Positions 24,801 through 35,350 of a DNA stretch of 64,000 nucleotides are shown here, piece by piece. This DNA is from Sphaerodactylus townsendi. Its lineage: Eukaryota. The notes beneath the pieces were generated by a model that was given only the letters and a program-made list of their open reading frames with translations, searched no databases and had not been told where the DNA came from. Position numbers and translations under genes: made by a program. The stretch is taken from the NCBI RefSeq assembly GCF_021028975.2, contig NC_059426.1, positions 67,208,001 to 67,272,000 of the forward strand, read 5' to 3'. How positions within the stretch are numbered: the stretch's first letter is position 1; every line of letters starts with the position of its first letter.

Positions 24801-27800
24801 CTTGAGAATCTCAGTGTAGCTGAAGAAAGCGTAGAGGATCTGCCAGATGAGGATAAGGGGGCACAGCAGGAAGTTAGCAATACCAATCCACAGGATGCGA
24901 GTGCCCAGCTTCTCTGCTAGTTCCAGGCGGTTGCTGCCCCGTTTGTACTCAGTCTTGAGACTCCACTCATTCTCAAAGAGTGAACCAGGGCCCCAAAAGA
25001 AGATCAGTTCAAAGTTGTATTTGAGGCCCCGTGTGTAAAAGACTGTATCACCCAGTAGGGGCAGGTGGAAGCGCACAGGAAGCAGTGACTTGTTCACCAT
25101 CGCGACCATGTAGTTCTTGAAACGCAGGATGCGGTGGTAGATATCCAGCTCTGTGAGCTCCTTCTTGTGGATGCAGATCTGATGTTCCTTCTGGATTTGC
25201 ACAATCCGTGCCTGTACCTCCTGCCATGTGTAGTAGGGCAAATTGGACTGTGGGGACAGAGAGGGAAGGTGTAATTAGCCAATAGCAAGACAGACTCATT
25301 CTCCCTGCCTGCTAGATGGTACAGGTTTCTACAGCCACAGCAATAACAGCAAGACTTGACCAGAACAAATTTCTAGGCTCTTGTCTATGATCCATCAATC
25401 ACCCATCCTTCTCCTCTGTCTATGCGCCATTCCATTCCTGGCCCTGGCTTCTGTGCAGCACCATTTCAAAACACCAAATTCCCTTACATACTTCCAAGAC
25501 TGCAATTCCAAAGATGCTCTAATGGTTAAGAAACATAACTTGCAGCTCCATCCAAGGGACCAGGCACTCGGCTGTGCCCCCAAAGAGGCTTCTCAGTGGC
25601 GTGGGGAAGCTTAAAATGCTGAAAAACCTCCCTGGCACAAATAAGCCCCTATTGGGCTGAACATACACCACCTTTTTGGTGGCATACGTCAGCCATCTCA
25701 GATGCTGGTGCAATGAGGTGAATGGGCAGGAGGGAGCTGACAAGTTGGCTTCTCTACCAGCCAGCCAACCCCCATTACAGCAGCGGTTGGGGCACAGGGA
25801 TGCTGGCACAGTGTCCTGTTCCACATCCCACTGACAAGAAGGGCACTGCTTCCACCAGTGGATTCATCCCCACTCTAGATGGGGTCATGAGCTTTCCCCC
25901 TTCTCCCTCCATATGCTCTCTACTTAACCTCACAGAAGGTTGAGTTGCACACAATACATTGAAGATACTTAAACATGTAAAAATAGAAAGCTAGCAACAG
26001 GCTCAAACTGCAAAATGAACATCAAAGTTTAGGTTTGTGAAAGTTTATTGTTTTGTTTAATGTATTTAAAATGTATTTTTAATGTATTTAACAGATGTCT
26101 ATCTTCTCAGTCAAAGATTTCTAAGCTGGAAACTACAGTAATATGAATTGTTGGGCTTGGACATCATCAAGAGAAAATGCAAATTCTCAGTCACTAAAAA
26201 AATTAACATGATTAAGAAAGATGGCTGTGGGGAAGATAAAAAGTCTGGACTTATCTCCATTCCAGACCTAAAGTCACTTGGGAATCTTTCCTGCTCTTCT
26301 CCTCCTCTCTTTTCTTTCTCCCCTTCCCTCTTCTTTCCTTTTCCTATCTTTTGTCCTCTTTCCTCCTCTTTTTCTTTCCCTCTCATTAAATAAACTGGGA
26401 TTAGGGGGCTGATCAGCTACAATGGACGTAGCTAGAATTATTGGACTACTGTCCATCATTGTCCATCATCTGAATGGTAGGACAGAGTGATGGAACACCG
26501 ATTTTTTGTACATTTTATAAGCCTAATCACTTGCTGATTGGTTTGAGTTATTTTAATCTTTTTACTGTACTATATTAATTGTGTTGCATATTGTGAACAT
26601 TGCATTGATGAGTTTGTTGTGAGCTGTCCTGGATCTGGCCTTCTTGCTGGGGAAGAATGGGGTAGAACTCACACTATAGTAAAGCAAAGAAAAGAGTCTT
26701 TTTGCATTATGATTTCCCAATTAGTAGACTGGGGCTAAATACGGCCAGCTCTTGGGAGAGAAGAATGCAGTGATTTCACCATTGACACTGCTGGGCATGA
26801 GACCAAGAACAGACACTGGCAAACCCAGGCGTGGCAGTTGCAGAGCATACCAGCTCTGTCACTCAAGCAAGTAATGAGCAAATAGGGCCCATGAATAAGA
26901 CTGAACATCTATAGGACTGGCATCAGACCACAAGTAGTGCACAGCTCCGGAGATGGTCAGTGGGGGCAGCAAGAAAGCAAGCAAGCCGGAAAAACTCTAA
27001 GACAAAGAAATGGTGGAAAAGAAGACTGAAAAAAGGAAGTAATTAGCAATACTTATCTGCTGTTTTCTTATGCTAACAAAATAATTAAAACATAAGAGTT
27101 GCCTTACTGGCAAAATAAAATAAAAGTTTAACTAGTTCAGCACTCTGTCTCCAACAGCAGTCAGTAAGATACTTGTGGAGAATTTGCAAAAGTAATATGC
27201 TTGGAATAATGATTATCTTCCTCCAATAACTAGTAATTAGAGGCATGATTTTCCAGTTTAGTGTGAACACTCCCCTTTACTTGTACTGAATTGGGGTATG
27301 TACTTATCCACAGTCCCTAGATTTCAGCAGTTTACCATAGGAATCTTGAGAGCATTGATGTAAAAAGAGTGGATCTCCCAGTAGCAGCAAATGTTGTAGA
27401 TGAACTTAATTAGTCGATGGATCCAGAAAACCCCTGCGATCACCAGGATAGACAGCAGAAAGCCATTGGTCTGAATCCTGTAAGAGAAATGGAGTCACAG
27501 GGAGGAAGAAGCAGCCACTGCAAGAACTACAGTCATAATAGGGCAAATATGTGACAGAACAGCCCTTTTCCCACTACTAAAAGTCAGGCAGCTCTGACAA
27601 GAGTTCAGTGCTGTACATTAAACTGTAGCAAAAGGTTTAAAGCACTAAAACAAGACTGTAAGTCTGAAAATAGAGTAAACGGGCAATACTACATGTGAAC
27701 ACCAAGTTTATATTAAAGATCTCCTGAAATATCCTTGACATCACATGTGTGCTACAAATCCCCCAAGCACTTACAGCCAAATGTTAGGAAGCATATTTAA

Positions 27801-30750
27801 AATGTTGTATCAGACCCCTCCTTTACTACTCAGGCAATCTTGATAGATTGATTAGATTGATTTATTAGATTTGTATACCGCCCTTCCCCGAAGGGCTCAG
27901 GGCAGTGATCATAGCACTGAAGAATCCAAATTTGCCTAACACAGCTGCAGACATCTGAAAGCAGCTCTCAATACAAGTGGCAGCCATGTTCACCTTTCAG
28001 TGTCTCCTATCCTGAAGTGCTTGTTTAAACTAACAGAGCACAGCTACTGTACACATAGAGGATCTTCAAGTTTTGGCTTGTGATTTAAAAACAGAACCAT
28101 GATCAACAAGAACATGACTGGATGCAAACTGAGGAAGATATTAACTTTACCTGGCACTGCACTCACTGGGAGGTAAGAAGGCATCTGGCAGGGTCACCTT
28201 AACTGGGTCACTGGAATGCTGGCTGTGATTCACCAGCTTGTTGGCAAATAGGATGTCATAGTCAACACAGCTGATGAGGAATGTTGTGAAGGCCACAACA
28301 AAGATGAACTGCCTGTGAGAAAAGGGATGGACATTAAAAGGCCATGTGGAACAGGAAATGATTCACCTCCTAGTGGCTTCAAACTTCCCAGGGCCAGCAG
28401 AAGGCCTGGGGATATCTGTTCCCATCGAATTACAGAAGTTTGGTGTTGGAGTGAAGAATAAAGTGAATAAGGAGTACTATCCCCGTTGGAATGTGGGGAC
28501 TTGAACTGACAGAACTCCAGGTAAGGGGGAAGAGGGATGGAATTACTACTCACATTAACTCAAAGATCTCACTGATGAGCATGCAGGTGAAGCCATTCTT
28601 TTGATGAAGGTTATAGACGTGAGAACCTAAGTCAAGGAGAACCACTCAGATCCATGATGCAGAACCCACCACCGCTTCATCAAAAAACCCTTTCAGCTAA
28701 TTTACAGGAGACCTCCTTTTCCAGTTCAACCTATTATCCTACCTAGTCAGTAACTTAAGCAGTAACTTTCTACCTTTAAAATCCCAATTAAAAGTTGCTC
28801 AAAATTGGTTTCTTCTGTTGTTGCTCTCTTATCTATCAAACCTTCATGCTATCCAGACTATTTACAGACTATGGGTAGGATTCTTATGATAATATCCACT
28901 AACGGTAAACATGAAATAGCACAATCCTGCCTCCCACTGCAGTTCACTGCTTTGTCTGAAACCCTGGGAGACAAAGAATTCCTAAAAACAGCCTGAGGGG
29001 GAATTATGGTAGCAAAAATCAGCCACCCATCAGCAGTAGGAATTATTGCTGGAAACCAATCCCATCCTATTGTTTGTTCCTCAACATTCATTGAAGAGAT
29101 TTCTACATTTTGAAAATATATTTTGGCTGAAACATAACTGTTTAAAATTTTGTCTCTCTGGACTATGCTGGTCATCATTCAGAAGTCTTCTGGCCAGATA
29201 TTAATTTGTAAGTTCTGTTCAGCTTTGCAGCAACTGATCCCTACTCCCAAGCCTCACCCACTGATGCCCATCCGTTAGTTAAGGATATACGAGAGAAAAA
29301 GAGATCCAGATTCTCAATGTGATGCCAAGGAGCTGCAAGACAGAGACAGGGTAAAGATCAGGGCTGAAGTTTCACTTATTTATTGGTCTTTTATGTCGCC
29401 CTTTCCCAACATGCTCACAACAGCTCACAACATTTCCGTAATACTTGACCAAAATCATTTAAAACATAACCAATATAAATATATTTAAAAACAATATAAA
29501 TACATTTAAAATTTTTAGATATTTAAACAAATTAAATATTAATTTAAAAAAACTTTTAGCTTAACAGCACTGAGAAAATAGTATTGAGGGGAGCAGGGAG
29601 GGGAAGTCAAACTGAGGGAAAACCGTAGCTGCCTCAGCCATATGTCTGGTGAAACAGCGCTGCCTTACAGGCCCTGTGGAATTGCATCCAGTTTCACAGG
29701 GCCCTGGTCTCGCCAGACAGAATTTTCTGCTAGGTTGGGACCAGGGTTGAAAAAGCCCTGGCCCTGGTTTAGGATAGGCCAGACATCTTTTGCCCCGGGA
29801 ATCACTAGTAGGTTTTCATTTGCAGAGTAAGACTCTTCAGGGGACGTATCGGGAGAGACGATCCTGCAGGTACTTTGGCCCCAGACAGTTTAGGGCTTTA
29901 AAGGTAAGTACCAGAATCTTGAATCTGATCTAGTACTGGATCTGGAGCCAATGCAGCTGGTGAAGCACCAGTTGAACTGATGCCCATCATGGGGTCCCTG
30001 TCAGGATATGTGCTGCTGTATTCTGCATCAACTGGAACCTCTAGAGAAGGTCGAAGGGTAGCCCTGCGCAGAGCAAGTTGCAATAATCTAATCTAGAGGT
30101 GACCTTTTCATGGATCACTGTGGCAGGATTGATTTTGGACAAGTAAGGTGCCAATTGTCTCCCTGGAATAGCTGATAAAATGCCATCTTTGCTAGATTTA
30201 ACTTCAGCTGGCTCCCTTTTAACCATTCTACCACAGCTTCCAAACAGCCAGCCAGTACAGCTGAGTCACCACCTGGATGACCGTCCATCAACAGATATAG
30301 CTGGGTGTCATCCACATATTGATGATAACCCAAGTCAAAACTCTGGATAAACCCAGAAAAAAGGGTGCATGCAGGTGTTAAATAGAATCAGCGAGACAAC
30401 TGCCCCTTGTGGCACACTACACACCAAGGCATGGTGATCAGAAGCTCTCTGCTACCCTCTGTTCCCATCCCTGGAGACATGAGTGCAGCCACTGCAAGGC
30501 TGTCCAATGGAACCCAGCTTCAGCAAGGCAGTTGGTCAAGATGTCATGATCAACCAAGGTAAATGCTGCTGTCAGAATGAGTAGTAACAGCAGCACCAAC
30601 CCACCTTGTAACATGTACTTAAGTCCTAACAGCTTATATCTACTCACATTTGCCACCCTCAGGAACATGCACCATTAAATCCTCTTCTCCAGGGGGAGAG
30701 TCATTGTACGAAGCCTCCAGCCGCTGGTATTCTGTATCGAAGTGAGCCAT
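12864..30750 (-). CDS. ATG9A: ATG9A autophagy-related protein 9A (lipid scramblase); spliced CDS, 14 coding exons, 846 aa
   Basis: join(30648-30750, 29289-29332, 28554-28618, 28151-28312, 27336-27477, 24499-25247, 23188-23341, 22697-22876, 21672-21917, 20654-20856, 19034-19151, 18536-18761, 17842-17984, 12864-12869) = 2541 nt with consistent phases. Protein runs MAHFDTEYQRLEASY...EDELPPQVHKV, very close to human ATG9A. Confidence 0.97.
13830..14100 (-). mobile_element. Sauria SINE (Squam1)-like element
   Basis: Recognisable core gcaagctgggtac...ggaaggctgagtcaacct and BovB-like tail (taaagg...ccttgtgcaagcac). Confidence 0.7.
14042..14287 (+). repeat. Left copy of ~246-bp direct duplication flanking the L1
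   Basis: About 98% identical to 17036-17280. Confidence 0.95.
14288..17036 (+). mobile_element. 5'-truncated L1-clade LINE (ORF2 RT to zinc knuckle, 3' UTR, poly-A), frameshifted, antisense to ATG9A
   Basis: Frame-broken motifs WEEAFITLIPK, YRP-I-SLLNVDYK, LDAEKAFDNV, RQGCPLS, DDLV, KYLGI, CWKC...HMWWSC; A-rich plus strand; AATAAA at 17012-17017 and A tail at 17026-17036. Confidence 0.9.
17036..17280 (+). repeat. Right copy of ~245-bp direct duplication flanking the L1
   Basis: Begins directly after the L1 A tail; 1 indel and 4 substitutions versus 14042-14287. Confidence 0.95.
17473..17621. mobile_element. hAT MITE
   Basis: TIRs caggggtagggaacct / aggttccctacccctg; perfect 8-bp TSD atctagta. 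Confidence 0.9.
17842..17984 (-). CDS. ATG9A: ATG9A coding exon 13 (DPG...LPLGGWAEDGQ...EDELPPQVHK)
   Basis: Homology and splice sites. Confidence 0.94.
18536..18761 (-). CDS. ATG9A: ATG9A coding exon 12 (LHKQ...WHRRESDESGES...PRSASYP...FQRRYGG)
   Basis: Homology, including the RSASYP motif (14-3-3 site, S761 in human). Confidence 0.94.
19034..19151 (-). CDS. ATG9A: ATG9A coding exon 11 (ADARTASSGSSAWEGQLQSL...ALYMHE)
   Basis: Homology and splice sites. Confidence 0.94.
19315..20195 (-). mobile_element. L2-clade LINE 3' fragment
   Basis: Minus-strand ORF containing VISRLDYCNLLYAGLP...VQNAA; (TTTTA)n tail at left. Confidence 0.8.
20654..20856 (-). CDS. ATG9A: ATG9A coding exon 10 (PHSLIANVIAGSS...TMTGSG)
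   Basis: Homology and splice sites. Confidence 0.92.
20992..21173. mobile_element. SPIN (Space Invader) hAT MITE
   Basis: cagtggttctcaaccttcctaatg...cctttaatacagttcctcatgttgtggtgacccccaac...cccctgtgaaagggtc...caggttgagaa matches SPIN/URR1 termini as I recall them; right end degenerate. Confidence 0.85.
21672..21917 (-). CDS. ATG9A: ATG9A coding exon 9 (WMSAGKTEASIYQQAEDGKTELS...QSESE)
   Basis: Homology and splice sites. Confidence 0.95.
22697..22876 (-). CDS. ATG9A: ATG9A coding exon 8 (VFILEELLSPIVTP...QHGHPA)
   Basis: Homology and splice sites. Confidence 0.95.
23188..23341 (-). CDS. ATG9A: ATG9A coding exon 7 (SFIPDQHLVFCPEQLL...FQYKA)
   Basis: Homology and splice sites. Confidence 0.95.
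24499..25247 (-). CDS. ATG9A: ATG9A coding exon 6 (core ATG9 domain)
   Basis: ORF 24495-25241 PYYTWQEVQARIVQ...VAVTVCR; canonical splice sites. Confidence 0.97.
27336..27477 (-). CDS. ATG9A: ATG9A coding exon 5 (IQTNGFLLSILVIAGVFWIHRLIKF...)
   Basis: Homology and canonical splice sites. Confidence 0.95.
28151..28312 (-). CDS. ATG9A: ATG9A coding exon 4 (QFIFVVAFTTFLISCVDYDILFANK...)
   Basis: Homology and canonical splice sites. Confidence 0.95.
28554..28618 (-). CDS. ATG9A: ATG9A coding exon 3 (VYNLHQKNGFTCMLISEIFEL)
   Basis: AC acceptor, gtgagt donor. Confidence 0.95.
28619..29288 (-). other. ATG9A: U12-type AT-AC intron (670 nt)
   Basis: 5' ATATCCTT, branch site TTCTCCTTGAC (28641-28631), 3' terminal AC; frame preserved FFSR|VYNL. 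Confidence 0.93.
29289..29332 (-). CDS. ATG9A: ATG9A coding exon 2 (SPWHHIENLDLFFSR)
   Basis: cag acceptor; followed by U12 donor ATATCCTT. Confidence 0.95.
29375..30610 (-). mobile_element. L2-clade LINE fragment (RT region to 3' end)
   Basis: Minus-strand remnants AAFTLVDHDIL, YHQYVDDTQLYL, VTSRLDYCNLLCAGLP. Confidence 0.8.
30648..30750 (-). CDS. ATG9A: ATG9A coding exon 1 (MAHFDTEYQRLEASYNDSPPGEEDLMVHVPEGGK)
   Basis: Kozak accATGg; acceptor at 30771; donor gtgagt. Confidence 0.95.
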
Positions 30751-31899
30751 GGTATCACTGAGCTGGGCTCCTACCAGGGTCACAGATGCTCCATGATTGT
30801 AAAATTAGGACTGACTAAAAGCCAATAAATGCAAGCAATGGGAAAATCACAACACTTCCTTCTTAGTTTTATTAACAACAGATATTGGAAAGGTTTTGGT
30901 AGGAACAAAAGAGAAAACAAGTAGGAAAGGAAACTGATTGGGAGAGGAAAGTACAAATGTACAGCAAGGACAAAGATCAGGAAACTGTTACTAAGGCAAG
31001 AATATATGAAAACCCCTTCTTAATCATGAAGGGTTTAGGATTGCACTTTCAGTTTCATTTTTATGAAAGGCAAAAATACTAATGCAACGCACATAGCAGT
31101 CTCTTCTCACAAGGTAACTTTTGTCTTTCTGGAGTAATTACAAATTCACTTTGTATAGTTTGTTGTTTTAATGAGTTGCCTTTACAACGAACCATAAAAT
31201 TTAGTAAAAGAAACTATTAAAATCCTAGTAATGTAACATACACATCTTGCAATTTCATTTCATTTACAAGATACAGCATTAAAACGTGTGGTACACAAGC
31301 AAAACAAAAAGAGAAACCAAAACAAAAGAAGAAATAGGAAAATGCAAGATGAACATCTTGCAACACAGTTTTTCTCTCTGCCACCAAATCCTGCGCTGTG
31401 GAGTAAAATCAAATGTATAGAATGCTATTATGCTATCTGACAAATTTTTTGAAGAAAAACAGGTTTAAAGCAACAACTAGGACAACTGAAAAGCTATACA
31501 TTAGCAGTGGCTTTGGCACAATAAAACAGAGGTGGAATGACTTCAATCTTGCCACACCTGCTTTTCTTTTAAAAACAAACTATAATCCGTATGGTCCACC
31601 AATATATTTTAAGTTTATGTTGGACTGTGGATCTGTAAGAGTATTGGAAGCGTTGGCTAACTTTTTGTGCTCTGTCATTAGCAAACGGTTATAACTGCAT
31701 TGGAGATTGTACTTATTACACTGGTGTTGCCATTGTTGCTGTTATATTGCTGTTTTTAATTATGCCATTAAAGGTTTTTAATTATGCCATTAAAGGTTTA
31801 TATATGTATAAAAGCAAGAGTGCATTTTAAAAATATATTTACAGTTATAGCACAGCTAATCTGTATTCGGTGATGTTAGGTATGTTACACTATTTTACT

Positions 31900-32120
31900 T
31901 ACTTCATTTGTGATTCTGTCTTTTTCCCCAGGATATATCCTAAGCAGTTTACATTGTTTTCTCCTCTGTTTTCTCCTTATAACAACCTGTGAAGTAGGTT
32001 AGGCTGAAAGTGTTGGATATAGCGCCAAAGGTCACCCAGAAAACTTCCATAGGAGAGCAGAGATTTGAACCTGGGTCTTCCTGATCCTAGCCTAACACGG
32101 AACCAGCACACCATACTGGA
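31900..32120 (-). mobile_element. Degraded tRNA-derived SINE
   Basis: acaacctgtgaagtaggttaggctga...aaggtcacccag...gatttgaacctgggtct; similar pieces near 5470-5570, 20335-20480, 38340-38480 and 56410-56590. Confidence 0.55.
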
Positions 32121-32565
32121 TCACTTCTGTTTAAGAACATAAGTAGTAACTTGATAGATTAAGCAACTTTACAACTCCATCTTAAATTGAACTAGACCAT
32201 TTTAAATCTATTTGATTTAGAAGGGTGTAACTCCACTTAGAAAGACACTGTTGATGCAGCATTCTTAACAAGAACTGCACACCCAGGGCCTGATTGAGAA
32301 CCAAAGGTGGGCTTTCTAAATAAATAATTCAGCAGGTGCTAAAGTGATCCACAATATCCACAGTATCACAATGACCCTGTAACATATAAAATGCTGCTTC
32401 ACTCAGGGCTTAGAACATAGCTGTATTTTTTTTTCCAGACGTGTAAATAGTTCTCCTTTATTTGGGTCACACCCAGAATTGCAGAAAATGCCCTCACAGC
32501 TACATGGAGGAACACAATCAGCTCCTGCAGCCTACCCTACATTGCACAGCAAACAACCTCCGTAC

Positions 32566-32621
32566 CTGTAGCACGCCAAGATCGATCCCTTTCTGAGTCA
32601 CACAAAGACATGCAGACTAAC
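32566..32621 (-). other. ATG9A: Putative ATG9A 5' exon 2 (contains in-frame upstream ATG at 32611)
   Basis: ccctgcag|GTTAG...CTACAG|gtacgg splice signals. Confidence 0.5.
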
Positions 32622-33129
32622 CTGCAGGGACACCAGGACGGTGTCTGCTTCGCACATCGGATCTGGGATGCGGCACCTCTAGCCTCGGATCCCCGCCGGA
32701 CTTTTCTCTCCCCGGTGCAGCATATGAAGGAGCAAGGCGAAATCCACGGTGGAGATTCCGACACGGAGAAAACACCCCGTGGCCAGGCTTTTTTAAAACC
32801 CCGCGGCGGTTCTATTTACCCCAACTGCCTGCCAGTCGATTAAGGCCGCCCCTGGCCTTTTAACCCTCTCGTCACGGAGGAAGACCAGGACTGGGAGGGA
32901 CTGCTTGGAGGCGGCCCCGGTCACCGGCTCAAGGGCGCAATGGCCTCGCGGGACTCCAGCAGCCCCTTGAGAGAGGCTTGGTGGCGGTGGTTGTTCCGAG
33001 GAGGCAGAGGCCCCGGGTTTGTTTACCCGGGAGTGGAAGTAGAGAAGGAAGGGAGGGAAGATACACCGGGCAAGGGACGGAGGATACACTGCGAGGTGGC
33101 GACCGCCTCTCCTGGGCTACTTGCCTCAC

Positions 33130-33441
33130 CTCTGCGGGGCCCCTGGTAACCAGCCCCGAGAGACAGCCGCCGCCGCCACTTCCCGAACTGTCACTCACTC
33201 CCCCGCCCCGACTGGCGCCGTCCGCTACCAATGGGAAATCAGGATGGAGCGGGGAGGTGGAATGTGGGACTTCCAATGAGAAATCAGCACCGGGAATGCG
33301 CTACGGGGGAGAAGGGAGGTAGCAAAGGGAGGTGGAAGTGACGCACACTGAAGTGGCATGCGGAGGGGAAGTGCCCTGCTCGAGGAATCTCGCGGCGAGC
33401 CTGTGGTGTTGGGTGTGCTTTCGAACTGGCCTCCGGGAACT
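33130..33441. promoter_or_regulatory. Bidirectional CpG-island promoter ATG9A(-)/ANKZF1(+), including both non-coding first exons
   Basis: CpG-rich region about 32620-33600; minus-strand donor gtgagg at 33129; plus-strand donor gtaagt at 33442; CCAAT at 33228 and 33273; GC box 33200-33209; ETS-CRE-like GGAAGTGACGCA at 33334-33345. Confidence 0.8.
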
Positions 33442-35235
33442 GTAAGTAGCCCCCCACGGCCGCCATTCCTGGTCCCCAGTGTCCGCTGGCTTTGCATTCC
33501 TTCTCCGATGTCTTCTTTTAGTGGCGATTGAAGAGTTTTTCTCTCTCCTTCGGTTGTTTAGCACGGGGGTCAAAGTTTCCCCGTCCTCTGGCGTTAATCT
33601 CTTAATCATGTATCATACAAATCCTACGTCGCAAATTAAGCTCAATAACTTATTCAGGTTTTAAACACAAACTAATATATTATACATTCATTTTGTTTGT
33701 TTCAACCAGAACTCAAAACTCAACTTAGTATATACAAGAACTCAGTTTCAAACAATGTCAGTCTTAATTCCCATTCATCCACGTCTTCTCCAAATTCAAT
33801 TAAGTTCCTTATTCCCATATAATGCAATTCAATTCCTTATTTCAATTAGAAAAGTCCATTAATAAATTTTGGGTTGATATTGGCAAACCCCGCTTTGTAC
33901 GTAAAGCTGCGTATTTCGTAATCTTCCTCAGTGCCTCCACATCATAAGTCTGATATTGGAGACCTCCTATGGATAATATACTCTCCGTGCATTGAGCTGT
34001 TTCTTTCCCACAGGATCTCACTTTTTGATAGGGATAGGGATCCAAACTCTCTGTAATTATATACGATCGTATCCCCCCCCCCCCCTTTCTCTTGTCTCTT
34101 TCTTCCAGGGTGGGGAAACCAGACAAAATTAGTGGTGTTTCCGGGACACCCCTGCCCTATGCTTTTGGGTTGAAGAATGATTTTCTAAAGTGCTTCTGGT
34201 GTTGCTGACTCTCTGGAGCTGCTCCGTGTTTGTTACATTAACAGTTGTCAAAGTGCTGCTGAATTTGCCCAGTCTCTTTTTGAGAGTTGCTAACCTCACA
34301 AAAACATCAAAAGAGCAGCTGTTGTGGAAATTTGATGAGGGTTGAGGTATTATTTTCATCCTATCTCAGGTTCTGTCTGCTCATTACAAAATCCTCCTGT
34401 TTGTTGGAGGGTGGTGGAGGAATGTGTTGTGGAAGGCTTTCATAACTTTTGTGGGTTCGCCAGGCTGTGTGGCCATGGTCTGGTGGTTTTAGCTTCTAAC
34501 TTTTTGCCTGCGTCTATGACATCTTCACAGGCATGTTACAGTAAGATGTGTTTCTCTCTGTGCTACTGTGTGGCCTCCAGAAAAACCAGCAGCTGGCAAT
34601 AAAGGAACTTTGTACAATGTGGGCAATAAGTGTTTTGTGCCTCCCAAACATGCTGACTTATCTGTTTGTGACACTGCATGCAGGGAGAAGTGACTTTAGA
34701 CTCTTCTCAGAAACACAAACTGCCCCATAGAGCTGTGATTGATTGGCTTTGTTGTAAAACTTATATGTAGCCACTTAAGTAATGTGATTCTATTTAAAAA
34801 AAACAAAACTAGTAGTGGCTCCTTGGGGAAATTTGTGGGTGTTAAAGCGGTATAGGAGGAAGAAACTAAAGATGCTTTTTCCTTCATGCTGCAATCACAA
34901 ACAGGAAAGGAATGATAGGGGTTGGGGAGGCACAAAATTCCTGTCACAGATTTGATACAAAGTTCTTGTGTTGTTTCCCAACAAACACAATGTATTTATA
35001 ATGTGTAGATGAAGCCTCACATTGGTCCTGCAAACAGGAATTCAGCTAGGCCCGGGAATAGCTTCCCATTGCTGTGGAGAGGTGAATCTTAGTATTGCCT
35101 TTTGTCTTACCTGTTCTCTATTGGAGAACTCACTAAATCTGAAAGAGCTACAAATGTGATTGTTGCTGCTCGCTGGGAATTCTGTTCCCTGAAGTCTTGT
35201 AGATTCCTATTTTTTTCTCTCCTCCTTCTCAGATC

Positions 35236-35350
35236 ATGGAGCCAGCTGAGGTGTGGTCTGTGTTTGAGGCTGCCCAGAATTCAACTTTAATGGATGGACT
35301 TTTCCTTGTCACTGAGTCATCAGAGGATATGACCCCAGTAGCAGTTTCCG
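35236..35350 (+). CDS. ANKZF1: ANKZF1 coding exon 1 ([25 protein letters not shown]...)
   Basis: Acceptor at 35232, atcATGg, weak similarity to human SLFD...GLSLV; phase 1 fits the next exon. Confidence 0.78.

Noticed and set aside
26285-26385. Polypyrimidine/polypurine tract and its Lys/Glu-rich ORF
   Set aside because: Low-complexity intronic sequence with no evidence of function.
33842-34126. 94-aa minus-strand ORF in ANKZF1 intron 1
   Set aside because: No recognisable motif or splice support; it spans a poly-C run and may be an unclassified repeat.
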